Source: the human T2T-CHM13v2.0 reference genome, Homo sapiens
DNA: 64,000 nucleotides
NCBI RefSeq assembly: GCF_009914755.1
Contig: NC_060927.1
Reading direction: 5' to 3' (one strand)
Part shown: one piece after another, positions 13,813-27,620 of the stretch
How the letters are laid out: every line of letters starts with the position of its first letter
How positions within the stretch are numbered: position 1 is the stretch's first letter
The notes under the pieces: generated by a model
Databases searched by the model: none
Told to the model about the DNA's origin: nothing
The model's input: the letters and a program-made list of their open reading frames with translations, nothing else
Program-made: the position numbers and the translations under genes

Positions 13813-15014
13813 TAAAAGTTTGATGAGATAATTTAGGTCGGTTAACAGCTTAAGCATTGTAACCTCCAGCACATGTGGTCCCCCAAAAAGACTGAAAGTG
13901 GGCAGTCCCTGAATTCATACCCGGCCACTCTCTGTATCTTCCTGAATTGCCAAATGGCTTTTCTTTTTCTCATTACATTGAAGTTGCGTCTTGTGCAAGG
14001 GCTGATTTCTGAAGTTAAAGATGAAAAAAAAAATTTACGTTATCAATGTTACCTTCAAAAATCCCCTTCAGTCCTCCTAAAATTATAATTTTAATAATTT
14101 GAGTATAAGGACTTGAATAATAAAATGTATGTATGAACCTAAAATATATACTGTATTTTATGACATAAAATGTTCATGTCTAAAATGTGATTTTACAGCA
14201 TCTATAATTACATAAATAAAAGAAAAATATTTTGTACAATTTAAATTGTATAAGTTAAATGAGACTAGACATGACTACGGCTCTTGACAAGACTACATGG
14301 CATTACCAAAGGCAGAGTTAACATCAGTCTGTCATAACTACATGCTTGTGTTATTTCCCTGTGCCTAGTTATTGTTCTTCTCAGTGGTATACTCTGCTGA
14401 AGTGAGAGCAAGATTCTACACCTACCAAGGTTAAACCTATTATTTTTTTTTTTTGGTTAACTTTATTTTATTAAACTACGCATAAACTTGTGCTCTTCAT
14501 TTTTATAATTTCCCTAGCCAAACAGCCAGCTCAATTGACCAGAACTTTCGTTTAATAGTCCCTTTGAATTGTAGCACTTTCTTGGTATTCAGTAACAGTT
14601 CCTTTGCAGGGCCACCACAGGAAGAACACACATGCCATTCTGAGGTTATCTTTGCTGATAACCAACTGATGCTGCTAAATAGGGCTGGGGCAAAGTGCCT
14701 CTTACCTCTCAGGAAAAGTTGCTTTTCCATTGAATACACTTGCCTTTAACATAAAGAAGTGTGTTTGTTCATCTCTTACTATACAGTGACAGCTGTATGC
14801 CCTGTCAACGAAATTGACTTCTATAACTCTTCTGTTAGAATCATAGGATCACTTTAATATCATCCAGATGCAAATAACTTATTTCATTAGCCACATCCTC
14901 CTGAACAAACTGTGCAATAAGTCTAGACTTTTGTATAAAGCATTGCAGAGTTTGTTCGGGAGAATATGGTTACTGAAAGAAGTTATATGCATCTGGATGA
15001 TGTTAAAGTTATCC

Positions 15015-15263
15015 TTCTAGTGTCTAGTGGCACAAAAGGGTCACTGTAGTCAACAACAATTTATTGTATATTTTAAAATAGCTAAAAGAGCAGAGTTGTA
15101 ATGTTCCTAACACAAGGAAATAATAAGGCTTGAGGTGATAGATACCACTATTACACTGATTTGATCATTACATATTGTATGCTTATATCAAAATATTATA
15201 TATATCTCACAAATATGTACAACTATTATGTATCCATAATAATTAAAAATTTAAAAAATAAAA
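15015..15263 (+). mobile_element. L1MA 3' end
   Basis: gtcaacaacaatttattgtatattttaaaatagctaaaagag..gaggtgatagatacc..tatgtatccataataattaaaaat. Confidence 0.85.
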
Positions 15264-17299
15264 GTATACTGTATATTCCTCGTTTACTATCATAGTTATA
15301 AATCACTTTCTCAATGTTATTCTTGCACTTCATTTCTCCTTTGCGTCTGATTTTTCAAGACATATGACTAAATTATGGTCCACAGCTCACTCTTTGAAAT
15401 TAACATTCTTTTGTTTCCCTCTTGACGTGACCTTGGCCCCCTTTAACAATGACCCTAGTTAACTCCACTGGCTATATAACCTCCAGCTGTCATGTGCAAA
15501 AACCCTTCTCGTTTTGGAAACTCTTCCCGCATTATCATATGTAGCTTGAAGTACTACTGTTTTCAAGAGTTAGAACTGAGCAGGCATCACTGGTATGGTG
15601 TTTCACATGTCGTTCACACAGAAGAGCCCGTCCTTTTCCCTCCTCCTAGACAACTACATGTTCTTGTGATGCCCTGCACAAACAAGACATCACCAACTAT
15701 AGGCCATGTGCAACTACTTGTTTCCTTGATAGTAAAGGCGTTTACCTCATCTGTCCATAGGATCACAACATCCTCTTGTGACTAGACATAGGCGTTTATG
15801 AAACAGCTGCACTTCTTTAAAAACTAAGGCTTCGAAATAGGACAACTGTACAATCTGAAAAAAAAATCCTGCGACTATGTCTATTTCAGCAGACTTCTCT
15901 GATGAATGAAACAAATATGCCAAAATAAGCCAACTGTACTTAAAGCCATGCTGGTTTTCTTATATCTGATTCTAACTTTCATGAAAATGACTCGAGTTTG
16001 ATAACTTCCTGTATTTTCAGTTCCCAGGTAAGAAATTAATCATCATTTCAGTGACATTCCCAGTGGAACCAAAGCAATGGCATTAGGAAAAAAAAAAATG
16101 AACTTGACCAGTTTGTTACTATTCCTTAGTGTATATGTAATATCAATGGAAAATCGAATTTTTCAGCATTCTATGTCTGATGAGTTATTTTTCTATAAAA
16201 AGAGCTACTGGAAAAAGTTTGGTTAATGGAGAAAGTTATACATAATATTTAACAAACAACAAATTGTGGTCTTTTTAGATGAAGTCTCTTAAGTTTGAGC
16301 ATATCCCAGTAATTGATTAGAAGATAATAAAATACATATGCACATCTGTAAAACCTGAGAAACTCTGAATCTAACAGTGGTCCAGCTAAAGACATTTTTA
16401 ACATAGCGGCTAGCTCTTACATTTTGATTTGGTAGAAAAAGAGCCTAATTGAGTCTTTCCTCATTCTGTTTCAAATTTATATAATTAGTAGCTAACAGAG
16501 ACCAGAGAAGTTGCTCCATGAGTTTGTACAAAATCAATATATAATATTTAAATAACATATAATATAAATATTATACATTAAATCAATATATATATTAAAA
16601 AATAAAGTTATATTTAATAACTTTAACTTATTGATTATTACTATATGCAAATTCTCTGTACAAAGATCTTAGTAATTTTCTAGTTTTTGCAACAAATACA
16701 TTGAATTCCTTTTCTGGCTTTCAAGTGTTTGTTTGTTTCCATTTATTTGCCTCTGAGCAACATACTCAAGATTTCTTACTCTTTTTTAAATAATTTTAAA
16801 ATTCTACTCTAAATAAATAAGAATCCTCCTTGTTTCTGACAACTGTCTTTCTCATTCTGAATTGCTTGACATTTCCTCCTCATTTGAGGTGGATTTGGTT
16901 TGCCTATCCACCTGTCAACATCTACACCATTTTTCTGGGTCCACCTAGATCCTGATTCCTCCTATAATGCCTTTCCCGACTGCTGAGTCTCTCATGGATT
17001 TCTTTCTCCTCTGTTCTTCTCCTGTGTGTACAGTTGGCACCACACTATTTAGTACTTCATAATATATTATCCCATACTATTTACTGTCTCAAACCTGTTA
17101 CTGCTTCTTGGCTTGCTGCTCAGGAGATTTCCTGAAATAAGTTTATTTTATTTATTACTTTTTCCTTCATATGTCTTTTTCACAACATCTAGTAGAGTTC
17201 TAAGTACATAGCAAGAGTTCAGCAAATATTTATTAATATTTTGAAATACAACAAGGTTAACATTTGATTCAATATTGTATATGTCTCATAATGTAACAC

Positions 17300-17850
17300 A
17301 GCAGAAACAACACAGTTATTGAGTTAGAGAAATAAAGATTCAGGTCCTAACTCACCACTTTTGACTTGTGTACAAATTACTTTACCTCTCAGAGGATAGA
17401 TTCCTCAACTGCACATGAAGTGTAAATACTATGCTATACTGTAAATACTTCTCAATAACTCTGGCTTGTAGTGTAATGGTTAAGAACAGTCTGAAGGCAG
17501 AAAGTAGATATGGATCTGGCTCTATCATTTATTTTTTATGTGACTTTGAGCAAGGTGGTTAGCTCTTCTCTATTTTAGTGTCCTAATCTACAAATCGGGC
17601 AGTAATAATAGTGCTTGATATACAGGCTTATGGTAAAAATTAAATGTATTACTATATGTAAAGTATTTAGAACTACCATTACCATTACATATTATATTAT
17701 TATATGATTTTTGCTAGTATTTGTGTTAATATTAATAATATTACATGTCATTATTTTACTACTATTATGATACATGCAAAGTGCCTAGCATAGTGTCTAG
17801 TTTATAGTGTGTACATCATCAATGATAATTGCTAGTATTGTTATTGTGGC
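17300..17850 (+). mobile_element. MIR cluster (a MIR at about 17462-17675 lying within or next to another MIR)
   Basis: gtagtgtaatggttaagaac..tgtgactttgagcaag..taataatagtg; 3' piece aaagtgcctagcatagtgtct at about 17778. Confidence 0.65.
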
Positions 17851-18420
17851 AACTGGCTAAGAGATTGGCTATCTCTTTGTCATCAACAAATAAGTCATTT
17901 TAATTTCTGCTATTATAGCTTATTTTGCTATTAATCATATTTTACACTCTCATTTTACCATTATATTTATCCACTAAGTCATCAGTTGTCCAAGCTTACA
18001 TTATTGAATGGAAGCTTGAATATTGAATATAAAATAGAATAGTAACATAGGCCTGGTCAACTGATGACCTAATGGATAAATATAATGGTAAAGTAGGAGT
18101 GGAAAACATGTATAATAAAAAATAAGTTATAATAGCAGAAATTAAAATGACTTATTTGTTGAAGATGCCAAAACAATGTCATTTTGTAGATTAGGTCAAT
18201 AAATATTTGCTGAAATATTGCTAGGTACATTATTATTTCAAAATGGTAGTAGTGTGATGTTGATTCAGTAAAGTAGCATATAATATTCTGGGATAATTTA
18301 AATAAAATTCGCACAAAAATATTGCCTTAATCTGTTTGAGTTCCTATAACCAAATATCATAAACTGGGTAGCTTATAAACAACAGAAATTTATTACTTAC
18401 TGTTTTAGAGGCCAGCATGT

Positions 18421-19102
18421 TGCTATAATTTGGATATGCTTTGTTGATTCCCACTAAATCTCATGTTAAAATTTGATCCTCAATGTGACAGTGTTGGATG
18501 GTAGGGCCTGGTGGGAGGTGTTTAGGTTGTGGAGGCAGACCGCTAATGAATCACTTAGGTGCCCTTCTCAGGGTAATGAGTTATCACTCTCACAAGACTG
18601 GATTGGTTCATATGGGAATGAATTAGTTCTAGAGTTTTTATAAACCCAGGACATACTTTCGGTTTGGTCTCTTTCAGTGTATGCCTGCTTCGTCTTTAAT
18701 CTTTTGTACCATGTGTTGATGTAAGACAAAAGCCCTCACTAGAAGTTGAGAATATGCTGGCACCATGCTTCTTGTATAGCCTGTAGAACCATGAGTTAAA
18801 TATAACTCTTTCCTTTATAAATTGCCTAGCCTCAGGTATTTTTTTTCATTTTTTTATTTTTAATTTTTATGGGTACATAGTAGGTGTATATACTTATGGG
18901 TTACATGAGACGTTTTGATACAGGCCTGCAATGTAAAATAACCATATCATGGAGAACGACATATCCATCCCCTCAAGCATTATCCTTTGTGTTACAAACA
19001 ACCTAACTATACTCTTTTAGTTATTTTAAAATGTACAATTAAGTTATCACTGACTGTAGTCACCCTTTTGTTTCTTAATAACAACACAAAACAGACCAAG
19101 CC
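18421..19102 (+). mobile_element. MSTB1-like LTR, interrupted by L1MA
   Basis: tgctataatttggatatg..aaatctcatgttaaaatttgatcc..cctcaggtatt | taacaacacaaaacagaccaagcca. Confidence 0.8.
18841..19070 (-). mobile_element. L1MA1-3 3' end fragment
   Basis: tttttatgggtacatagtaggtgtatat..tccatcccctcaagcatt..aaatgtacaattaagtta. Confidence 0.85.
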
Positions 19103-19429
19103 AGAAGTCCAAGTTCAAGTTGCCAGCAGATTCACTGTCTGATGAGGGCTGGCTTCCCAGTTCACAGAAAGCACCATCTTGCTACAACCTCACATGACGG
19201 CAAGAGTGAATAAGCTTTCTGGGGACTCTTTTATAAGAACACTATTTGCATTCATAAGGAGTCTGCCCTCACGACCTGGGCCACCTCCCCAAAACCTCAC
19301 CTTCCTACTGATATAAACTTGTGGGTTAGGATTTTCAACAAGAGTATAAGAGCAACTTGAATTTAGGCATAGAATATTTTCGTCTTTCTCAAAAGTGTCA
19401 TTTTCTTTCTCAAAAGTGTCATTTTTCCT

Positions 19430-19935
19430 TTGTGTGACAAATTTTCTACCCTCTTCCAAATTCATGGCTTCGGTCATTTTTTTACCAACGTTCTGTCACT
19501 GCTTACTTATCTGTCTTTTCTAGAGATTAATGTGCATATAATTATTCAGTAGACTTGTTTTATGTCTGGCTTCCTTTGGTCAGCATTCATTTTTTAAAAT
19601 TAATCCATGTTGCTGCTTGTATCAGTGGTTTGTTCAGTGTTTGTTGCTGGGAATGTGTACATTGTTTAAATAAAACCACCGTTTGTTTAACCATTTACCT
19701 ATTTTTAGGCATTTGGGTTTTTTTCCAGTTAAGGAGTATTATGAATAAAGCCAAAACAAAGTTTTGTACCAGTCTTGTACCAAACATATGTCCAGTTATC
19801 TAGATATATGTTTCCATCTCACTCGGATAAATATCTAGGAGTGGGATTGATGAGTTGTATGGTAAGTACACGTCTAAATAGATGAGACATCCTGAATTAC
19901 ATTTTCACCAGCAGTGTATGAAAGTTCCAGTTCAT
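19430..19935 (-). mobile_element. L1ME fragment
   Basis: tgtctggcttcctttg..tccatgttgctgcttgtatcagtggtttgttc..ctaggagtgggattg..caccagcagtgtatgaaagttccagtt. Confidence 0.7.
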
Positions 19936-20884
19936 GTTGATTTTCATTTCTGAGTTTCTTTCTGTAATTTAAATTTTTAGTTTTGATATATGTTTGAATT
20001 TATTCTTAATTTTTTAGCTCTAAAGTATTAAATATATTTATCATATTTTAGTTATCACTATAAATAACATTTTTACAATCCTTTGAAATTTTACATACTT
20101 GTATTTTATTTTAGCTTCATTCCAATTTTTTAAAATTTTTACTTTCTTTAGATAGCTTAATTAGCATTTACCACCTGAATGATTTTAAAAGTTCTTTATC
20201 TATTTCAAGTTCTTTTCTATAATTTGTTCATCTGTAGACTAAGCTATTAAGCTCCTAAGTATTTCTATTTTAATGTTAGTTGTCCATTATTCTTTTTTGT
20301 CAGAATTATTCTTGTATTACCTTCAATAAAATGAATATTGTTTTTCAATAATTCTGATAAACCATGTAGGTATGAAAGGTTCAACAACAATCACATCTGC
20401 AGTAAATTCAAATCCATAATCATTACTTAAAATACATAGTCCCCAAAATCCTTAAATTCACTTACAAAGGAGACCCATAAAATAGTTATTTTTTACTCAG
20501 TCATTCAAAGACTTAGTGAGATACAGGAAAATACCTGAATTAGGCCTTCTCTAAACATTTATGCAGCTCCCCAAGGGTACAAAGGACATTTTTATTAGAA
20601 TATTTAGTTCCTTCACAGGTAATCAAAGTTTAAGACATAGAAATGTCTGTTCTCCAGAACTAATTTTTTTGTTTCCCTGTAGGAATTGTTTGCAGAAAAA
20701 GATTCCTCCATTAAAAAATAAAATAGCTGTGCTACATTTCAATGCAAATAGGTAAATTTTCCGTCCAGTGATGTGAAGTGTTTCCTTAGCCCATATTCAA
20801 ACTCCTGGTTCACCAAACCAAGAAAACTGGAATATGACATATATTTAAATAATATGTAAATTTATAATGTTTGGACAGTACAAA

Positions 20885-21790
20885 CTATAGTGGAAAATAT
20901 TGATGAATTTTACATTAAAATGTCTTACTAGACTTTTAATCAGGTGATAACATAAAGTAAGCAGAAGACAAGCCATGCATGGAGAGGAGATATCTGCACC
21001 TCATGTAATTGACTAAAGAATATTACCCAAAATACACAGAGAATGAAGCAACTGGAACATAGCAGATACAGTTGCACTAGAAATTTTTAAAAAGAGGGGT
21101 AGAGTGCTCAAAATTGTTAATATATGAAAACTTGCAACAAAATATCAGCGAATACCAAATATTTATAAGGATAAAAAGCTACAGATAGTGTATACCCTAA
21201 TGACATCTGTCTACATTTGTAAATTTGTTTTGTAGATATTTATCACTATTTCAATCATTGAAAGAATATCTACTTACTATCCAGAGATTTCAATGAGGTA
21301 CAGCTCTAGAGAGGATCTTGAATGTACACATCAGGAGCGATGTGGATAACATCAGTAGCAGGGTTTTTTGATTCCATAAAAAAAAAAAAAGTAAAACAAG
21401 TGTCTGTGGGTAAGTAAATGAACACATGCTGTGTACTCATAAGCTGGAGTATAATTTAGAAGTAAAAATTATTTTACTACTGCTATAGGCAGCCACATAG
21501 ATGAATTTCAGAAACAAATTATGAAGTGAAAAATACAGAAATTGTGAAAACATTTTATGAAGTTAAAAATCATACAATAAAAAAAACTATGTGTTTTGGG
21601 GGTATACATATTAAGACATATTAAAACTATAACCAAAGAGAGAAAATGATCAACTCCATAGTAAGATTTTTGTTAATGTTTGTTGTACTAAGGGAGAAGA
21701 AGGAAACTGCATTGAAAGACACAGGTGATTCACAACGTGAGTAATGTTCTCACGCTTAATTTACATGAGACATATATAACTATTTTACTA
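20885..21790 (+). mobile_element. Highly decayed L1ME fragments
   Basis: ggaaaatattgatgaattt..aagacaagcca..ggagatatctgca..catagatgaatttcagaaaca. Confidence 0.5.
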
Positions 21791-21801
21791 TTCATAGTAA
21801 T

Positions 21802-22124
21802 TGTCTTAGTCTGTTCACTATAACAAATACCATTAACTGAGTATATTACAGACAACATAAATTTATTTTTCACGTTTCTGGAGACTGGGATTCAGTGTCT
21901 GGTGAAGGCCCTCTTTCTCAGTCAGAGAAGATGTCTTCTCACATGGTGGAAAGAGCTGGTGTTCTTTAGCCTCTCTCCTGAGGGTACTCACTAATCCCCT
22001 TTGTGAAGGCTCTGCCCTCATGACCTAATCAAATCCTACAAGTTTCACCTTCCTAATATTATCACCTTAGGAGTTAGAATTTCAACATATGAATGTTGGA
22101 GGACACAAATATTCAGACCTTAAG
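21802..22124 (-). mobile_element. MSTD-like MaLR LTR
   Basis: tgtcttagtctgttc..ctctgccctcatgacctaatca..tttcaacatatgaat..ggacacaaatattcagacc; 5-bp flanks gtaat / gtaac. Confidence 0.8.
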
Positions 22125-22412
22125 AGTAACTTACATTTCAAATTCCAGAGATTTAATCCTGATGTACCATTTATTGTAAGGTACATCCTTAATTCAGATA
22201 TGTTAAAATTGAAGAAAGGTACATTTTAATATTAATACAGTATTTTTACACTAATGATATACTTTATTATCAAAATTGTGAAACCATCTTTTTGTCTAAC
22301 TTATTTAGTATCATTAATGCATATTTTTATTAATGTATTCTAATTAAAAATCTGATATATCTTTCTATCACTCAAAACAATAAAATGTATTTTTCCTAAA
22401 ACTCCAATTTTT

Positions 22413-22717
22413 GGCCAGGCGCAGTGGCTCACACCTGTAATTCCAGCCCTTTGGGAGGCCAAGGCGGGCCGATCATGAGGTCAGGAGTTCAAGACCAGCC
22501 TCGCCAACATAGTGAAACCTGGTCTCTACTAAAAATACAAAAAATTAGCCAGGCGTGGTGGTGGGCACCTGTAATCACAGCTACTTGGGAGGCTGAGGCA
22601 AGAGAATCGCTTGAACCCAGGAGGTGGAGGTTGCCTTGAGCCGAGATCAGGCCATTGCACTCCAGCCCTGGCAACAGTGTGAGACTCTGTCTCAAAAAAA
22701 AAAAAAAAAAAAAAAAA
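22413..22717 (+). mobile_element. AluSg-type
   Basis: gatcatgaggtcaggagttc, 24-A tail, TSD aaaa(c/g)tccaattttt. Confidence 0.9.
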
Positions 22718-24846
22718 GTCCAATTTTTGTTTTATATTATACTTCAACTGGAACACAAGAAAAAGTTATCTAACTACAATTTCACATTTAATATTCTATT
22801 GTGCTGTGCTCCTTATACTGGACTTTTACACAAAATAGCATTTTCACAAGCCTTAGCTATCTAAGAGCATATGTAAATTTTTAAAATTTTTAATCAAAGA
22901 TTTGCACCCTCAATTTTCTAAATTTCATAAGAAAATAGAATAATGTCCTTTAATTTTTTGTATTCGAAGTTGTATCACCTGTCTGTGTCAGGCCCTATGT
23001 CAAATTGCAAAAAGCCTTATGCTTATTAATTTAATAACCTTTTATCTCTATACAGGCAGTTAAAATATGTCTTGTTAAATCTACTGAAATGAAAGAATTT
23101 TAAATATTTTGTCTTTATCCAAAACTCTGTTAAAATAATTTCAGCAGAAAATATTGTCAAATTTCCAAGTAAACATATCACAATTATTCATACATTATGG
23201 ATATTTCTTCTTTTTAAAAAATCTTTACATCTCATGCATTTCTTTGCCTATTATGCAACCACAGAGCCTGCCCACTCTGTACAAGTACTATAAAGTGTGC
23301 CCATACAAGATGCAGAGTTGAATTAAAGATGCAGTGTCAGAGCCAGGCATTTGTAGTTGTGTATTTTATAATTAATTAGTGTAAAATGCTAATTTAAATC
23401 TGAATTAATATTCCTTTTCAAATATACTCAAAATGTAATTGCAGTGTACACAGTACAAATAATATAAATGGCTTGCCCAATCTATTACTCTGCAAAAGAG
23501 TTAGTGTGATGACCAATTAATGTAAGCATTTAAATATAGTTATATTGCTTGGCATGCAGAACTAACTCAGAGAAGGTTAAAGGTGTTATTAGAAACATTA
23601 ATTTAACTCCCTCTGTAAATGACATACTATTATCATAAAATATAATATATGGTCATGAAAGAACACTTTAATAAAGTGTTGGTATAATTAGGGGGATTAT
23701 GATAATGTGCCACTAATACAATGAGAAGTCTAATAGCACATATTCTTTTTCTTATTTTTGAAATTATAAGTGCTGCATTTCATAAAACTGGTTCTGTATC
23801 TTCCTTATATTATGTAATATACATATTCCATATATGCACATATTGTACTGGCAATAGTCAAATTTTTGCTTCTTTTGTTTGATATTTTTATTCTGAATGT
23901 ATAAAGTAAATAATGCCAATCAGCTCTAATATTAATACTGATTAATTTTTTGTCTTTCCACACAAAGTGAAATGAAAATCAAAACGCTCAAGGAAGCTGG
24001 TTGAAAATCAGAATGAACGAAGAAAAGAAAGACCAAACTTTTTTCTCGTTTTCCCAAACTTTGAACTAAGTTTACGCATTTTTCTTGGTGTCCAAGAAAA
24101 ATAAATTAAAAATTAAGTGCTTTATTTAATGTTCTTTAAAATATATTTGCTTTTTAGAGATATCAATTAGCATCCCACAGGAAGAAAATAGTGTTGATTT
24201 TTTTATTAACTCTTTTTTGTCCTAAACGAATACAATTCAATCACCAACAGCAAAACTCCTGAGTTTTTTTGATAGTTGCTAATAATATTGTATTGCATAC
24301 ACAGTACAATATTACAGAATAATTTAGAATACAATATAATACAATAATATGCAATTCAGTAATATTGTATTTACACATGCAATAGCCAATATAATTGGCT
24401 GATAATTCTGGATGAATTTATTCAAGAAAGAGAAGCAGATTTCATTATTTCCTGAAAGAAATTTATCATTTAAAAAGTACAACACTTCTAAGAATACTGT
24501 ACATTTTAAAAGATTTTTGCAGTTTAGTTAGTTTGAATAGAAAAACATGTTCATTCTCAAATAACTAACCATTTCCAACTTTAAGCAGTCTGTATCATAT
24601 ATGTTTAAATATTTTGGAATGTTATTTATAAAACCTCTATTGACTAAAAGAGCAACTGAAGAATGAGAGGCCCACAGATTTAGCAACAAAATATGACTTT
24701 GATTTCTATTATTAGCTCTTAACTGTTAAACAGCAATTTTCCAGTAATTTTCAAATACTTTATCTTTATTTTTTCTTATAATCTACAAATTAATTGGCTC
24801 AGGAAAATAAGCTGAATGCTGAAAAAGAGCCAACAAATACTACATG

Positions 24847-25151
24847 TTTTTTGTCTGTTTGTTTGAGACAAAATCTTGCTCTGTCGCCCAGGCTGGAGTG
24901 GGAGTGCAATGGCACGATCTTGGCTCACTGCAGCCTCCGCCTCCCGGTTTCAAGCGATTCTCCTGCCTCAGCCTCCTGAGTAGCTGAGATTACAGGCATG
25001 CACCACCACGCCCAGCTAATTTATGTATTTTTTAGTAGAGACCGGGTTTCACTATGTTGTTCAGGCTGGTCTCGAACTCCTGACCTCGTGATCCACTGGC
25101 TTTGGCCTCCCAAAGGGCTGGGATTACAGGCGTGAGCCACCATACCCAGCC
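24847..25151 (-). mobile_element. AluSg-type
   Basis: ctcgaactcctgacctcgtgatcc; TSD-like tactacatgtttt / tactgcaggtttt; internal ggagtg duplication. Confidence 0.9.
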
Positions 25152-26070
25152 TACTGCAGGTTTTATATTCACACTTTACAACCAAAAAGTGCTAAATCAT
25201 GGGCGATTATGATCAGAAATTACTTAAAATTACAATTATTAATGTTTGAGAGAGAACTTCATCTTTAATATATGGGTGCATAATACTCTAAGAAAATATA
25301 TCACTCTGAATTTTTACAGCCAACATATTAAGAACATTCAAAATCAGACGGAGATGATCTTAGTCCCAAGATGCTACAAACAAAAAAGAGAAAGAAGAGA
25401 TTCCCTGCTGAAACTCCAAACAAATGTATCAAAGCTTACCCTTCCCTTTTCCTTTAAACTAACTTCTATTGTCTATTCTAAAATGAGGGTTGTTTTAGTG
25501 ATTGTGAACTAGAATGTGGTTACGATAGCAGTCTTAATTTAGATATGTGCTGGTCCTGTGAAATTAAAAGCTTGATTTACTTTGGAGTCATAGATTAACC
25601 TGTGGCTACTAATTTGCAGCACAAGATCAATAATAACTAACATTCTATAAACCGAACTATTGTTAAGTCATTACCACTTTATGAAATTGACTGTAGGAAG
25701 ACCGGAAAGTTGTGTGGGTTAGAAGGGCCGTTTTCAGCAGCCGTTTTCAGTTCTTTATACTGTCTTACAAAAATCACTCCATTAGTGACTATGGAGGCAT
25801 TATTAATAATTATAAATAATTAATGATACTTTAAAACTTTATTTACTATTTGAAAATAATATGACCTTGATATATTATCTGCTAAGTCTGTTTTGCAAAC
25901 TTGGAAAATAAATTAGGTATCACTGGAGTATTCAGTGCTACTGACTTGTTTAAATTTATTTTCTATCCTGAGACTTTATTGAATTCATTTAATAGAATAG
26001 TGCCTCAAATCTCAATACTAATGTTGAATGTAAATTGCCTAAATGCTCCACTTAAAAGATATATAATGGC

Positions 26071-27620
26071 TAGCCATAGGCAGAAGATTGAAGTTTGACC
26101 CCTTCCTTACACCATATGCAAAAATCAACTCAAGGTGGATGACACACTTAAATTCGAAACCTCAAACTATAAAAATCCTGGAACACAACCTAGGCAATAC
26201 CATCTTGGACATAAGAATGGGCAAAGATTTTATAAGACACCAAAAACAATCATGACAAAAGCAAAAATTGACAAGTGGGATCTAACTAAACTTAAGACCT
26301 TCTGCACAGCAAAAGAAACCATCAACAGAGTAGACAGACAACCTACAGAGTGGGAGAAAATATTTGCAAACTACGCATCTGGAAATGGTCTAATATCCAG
26401 CATCTATAAGGAACTTAAACACATTTACAAGAGAAAAACACACAACCCCATTAAATGTGAAACCTCAAACTATAAAAACCCTGGAAGACAACCTAGGCAA
26501 TACCATCCTGGACATACGAATGGGCAAAGATTTTATGAGACACCAAAAACAATCATAACAAAACAAAAATTGACAAGTGGGATCTAATTAAACTTAAGAG
26601 CTTCTGCACAGCAAAAGAAACTATCAACAGAGTAAACAGACAACCTACAGAGTGGGAGAAAATATTTGCAAACTACGCATCTGGCAATGGTCTAATATCC
26701 AGCATCTATAAAGAACTTAAACAAATTTACAAGAGAAAAACACACAACACCATTAAAAAGAGGGCAAAGGACATGAATAGGCAGTTCTCAAAGGAAAACG
26801 TGGCGAGGAGCATATGAAAAATAGCTCATTATCACTGGTTATTAGAGAAATGCAAATCAAAAGCACAATGAGATACCATCTCACAGCAGTCAGAATGGCC
26901 ATTATTAAAAAAAATCAATAAGTAACAGACGCTGGCAAGGTTGTCGAGAAAAGGGAACACTTATACACTGCTGGTGGGAGTGTAAATTATTTTAACCATT
27001 GTGGAAAGCACTATAGTGATTCCTCAAAAAGCTAAAAGCAGAACTACCATTTGATTCAGCAATCCCATTACTAGGTATATACCCAGAGGCATATAATTCA
27101 GTCTACCATAAAGACACATACACACAAATGTTCATTGAAGCACTATTCGCGATAGCAAAGACATGGAATCGACCTAAATTCCCATCAATGACAGACTGGT
27201 TAAAGCAAATTTGGTACATATACACCAAGAAATACAACGCAGCCATAAAAAATAACAAGATTATGTCTTTTATGGGAACGTGGATGGAACTGGAGGCTAT
27301 TATTCTTAGCAAACTGGTGCAGAAACAAAAAAAAAACAAAATACTGCACATTCTCATTTAGAAGTAGGAGGTAAATAATAAGATCTTATGAACAAAAAGA
27401 AAGAAGCAATAGACACTGGGGTCTATTTGAAGGGGAAGGGAGAGGAGGGAAAGGAGCAGAAAAGTTAACTATTGGGTAGTGGGCTTAATACCTGAGTGAT
27501 GAAATAATATGTACAACAAACCTCCATGACACATGTTTACCTGTGTAACAACCATTCACATGTATTTCCAAACCTAAAATAAGTTTTCTTGTTTGTTTGT
27601 TTTTGTTTTTGTTTTTTTTT
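26071..27620 (+). mobile_element. 5'-truncated L1PA (about L1PA12) with an internal tandem duplication
   Basis: ORF2 C-terminal peptides [32 protein letters not shown] and MFIEALFAIAKTWN; TSD aagatata(t/g)aatggc at 26056-26070 and 27621-27635. Confidence 0.9.

Larger units (their letters stand above)
18323..19340 (-). mobile_element. MSTD/MLT1A-like MaLR LTR, interrupted
   Basis: tgccttaatctgtttg..ataaactgggtagcttataaacaacagaaattta | gaagtccaag..ctgccctcacgacct..ggttaggattttcaaca. Confidence 0.75.

Noticed and set aside
15492-15785. 97-aa ORF in unique sequence
   Set aside because: No recognisable homology or convincing splice context; length is compatible with chance.
16530-16610. AT-rich quasi-repeat (aaatcaatatata twice)
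   Set aside because: Low-complexity sequence with no further structure.
25727-25750. gccgttttcag x2
   Set aside because: Trivial 13-bp-period duplication with no supporting context.
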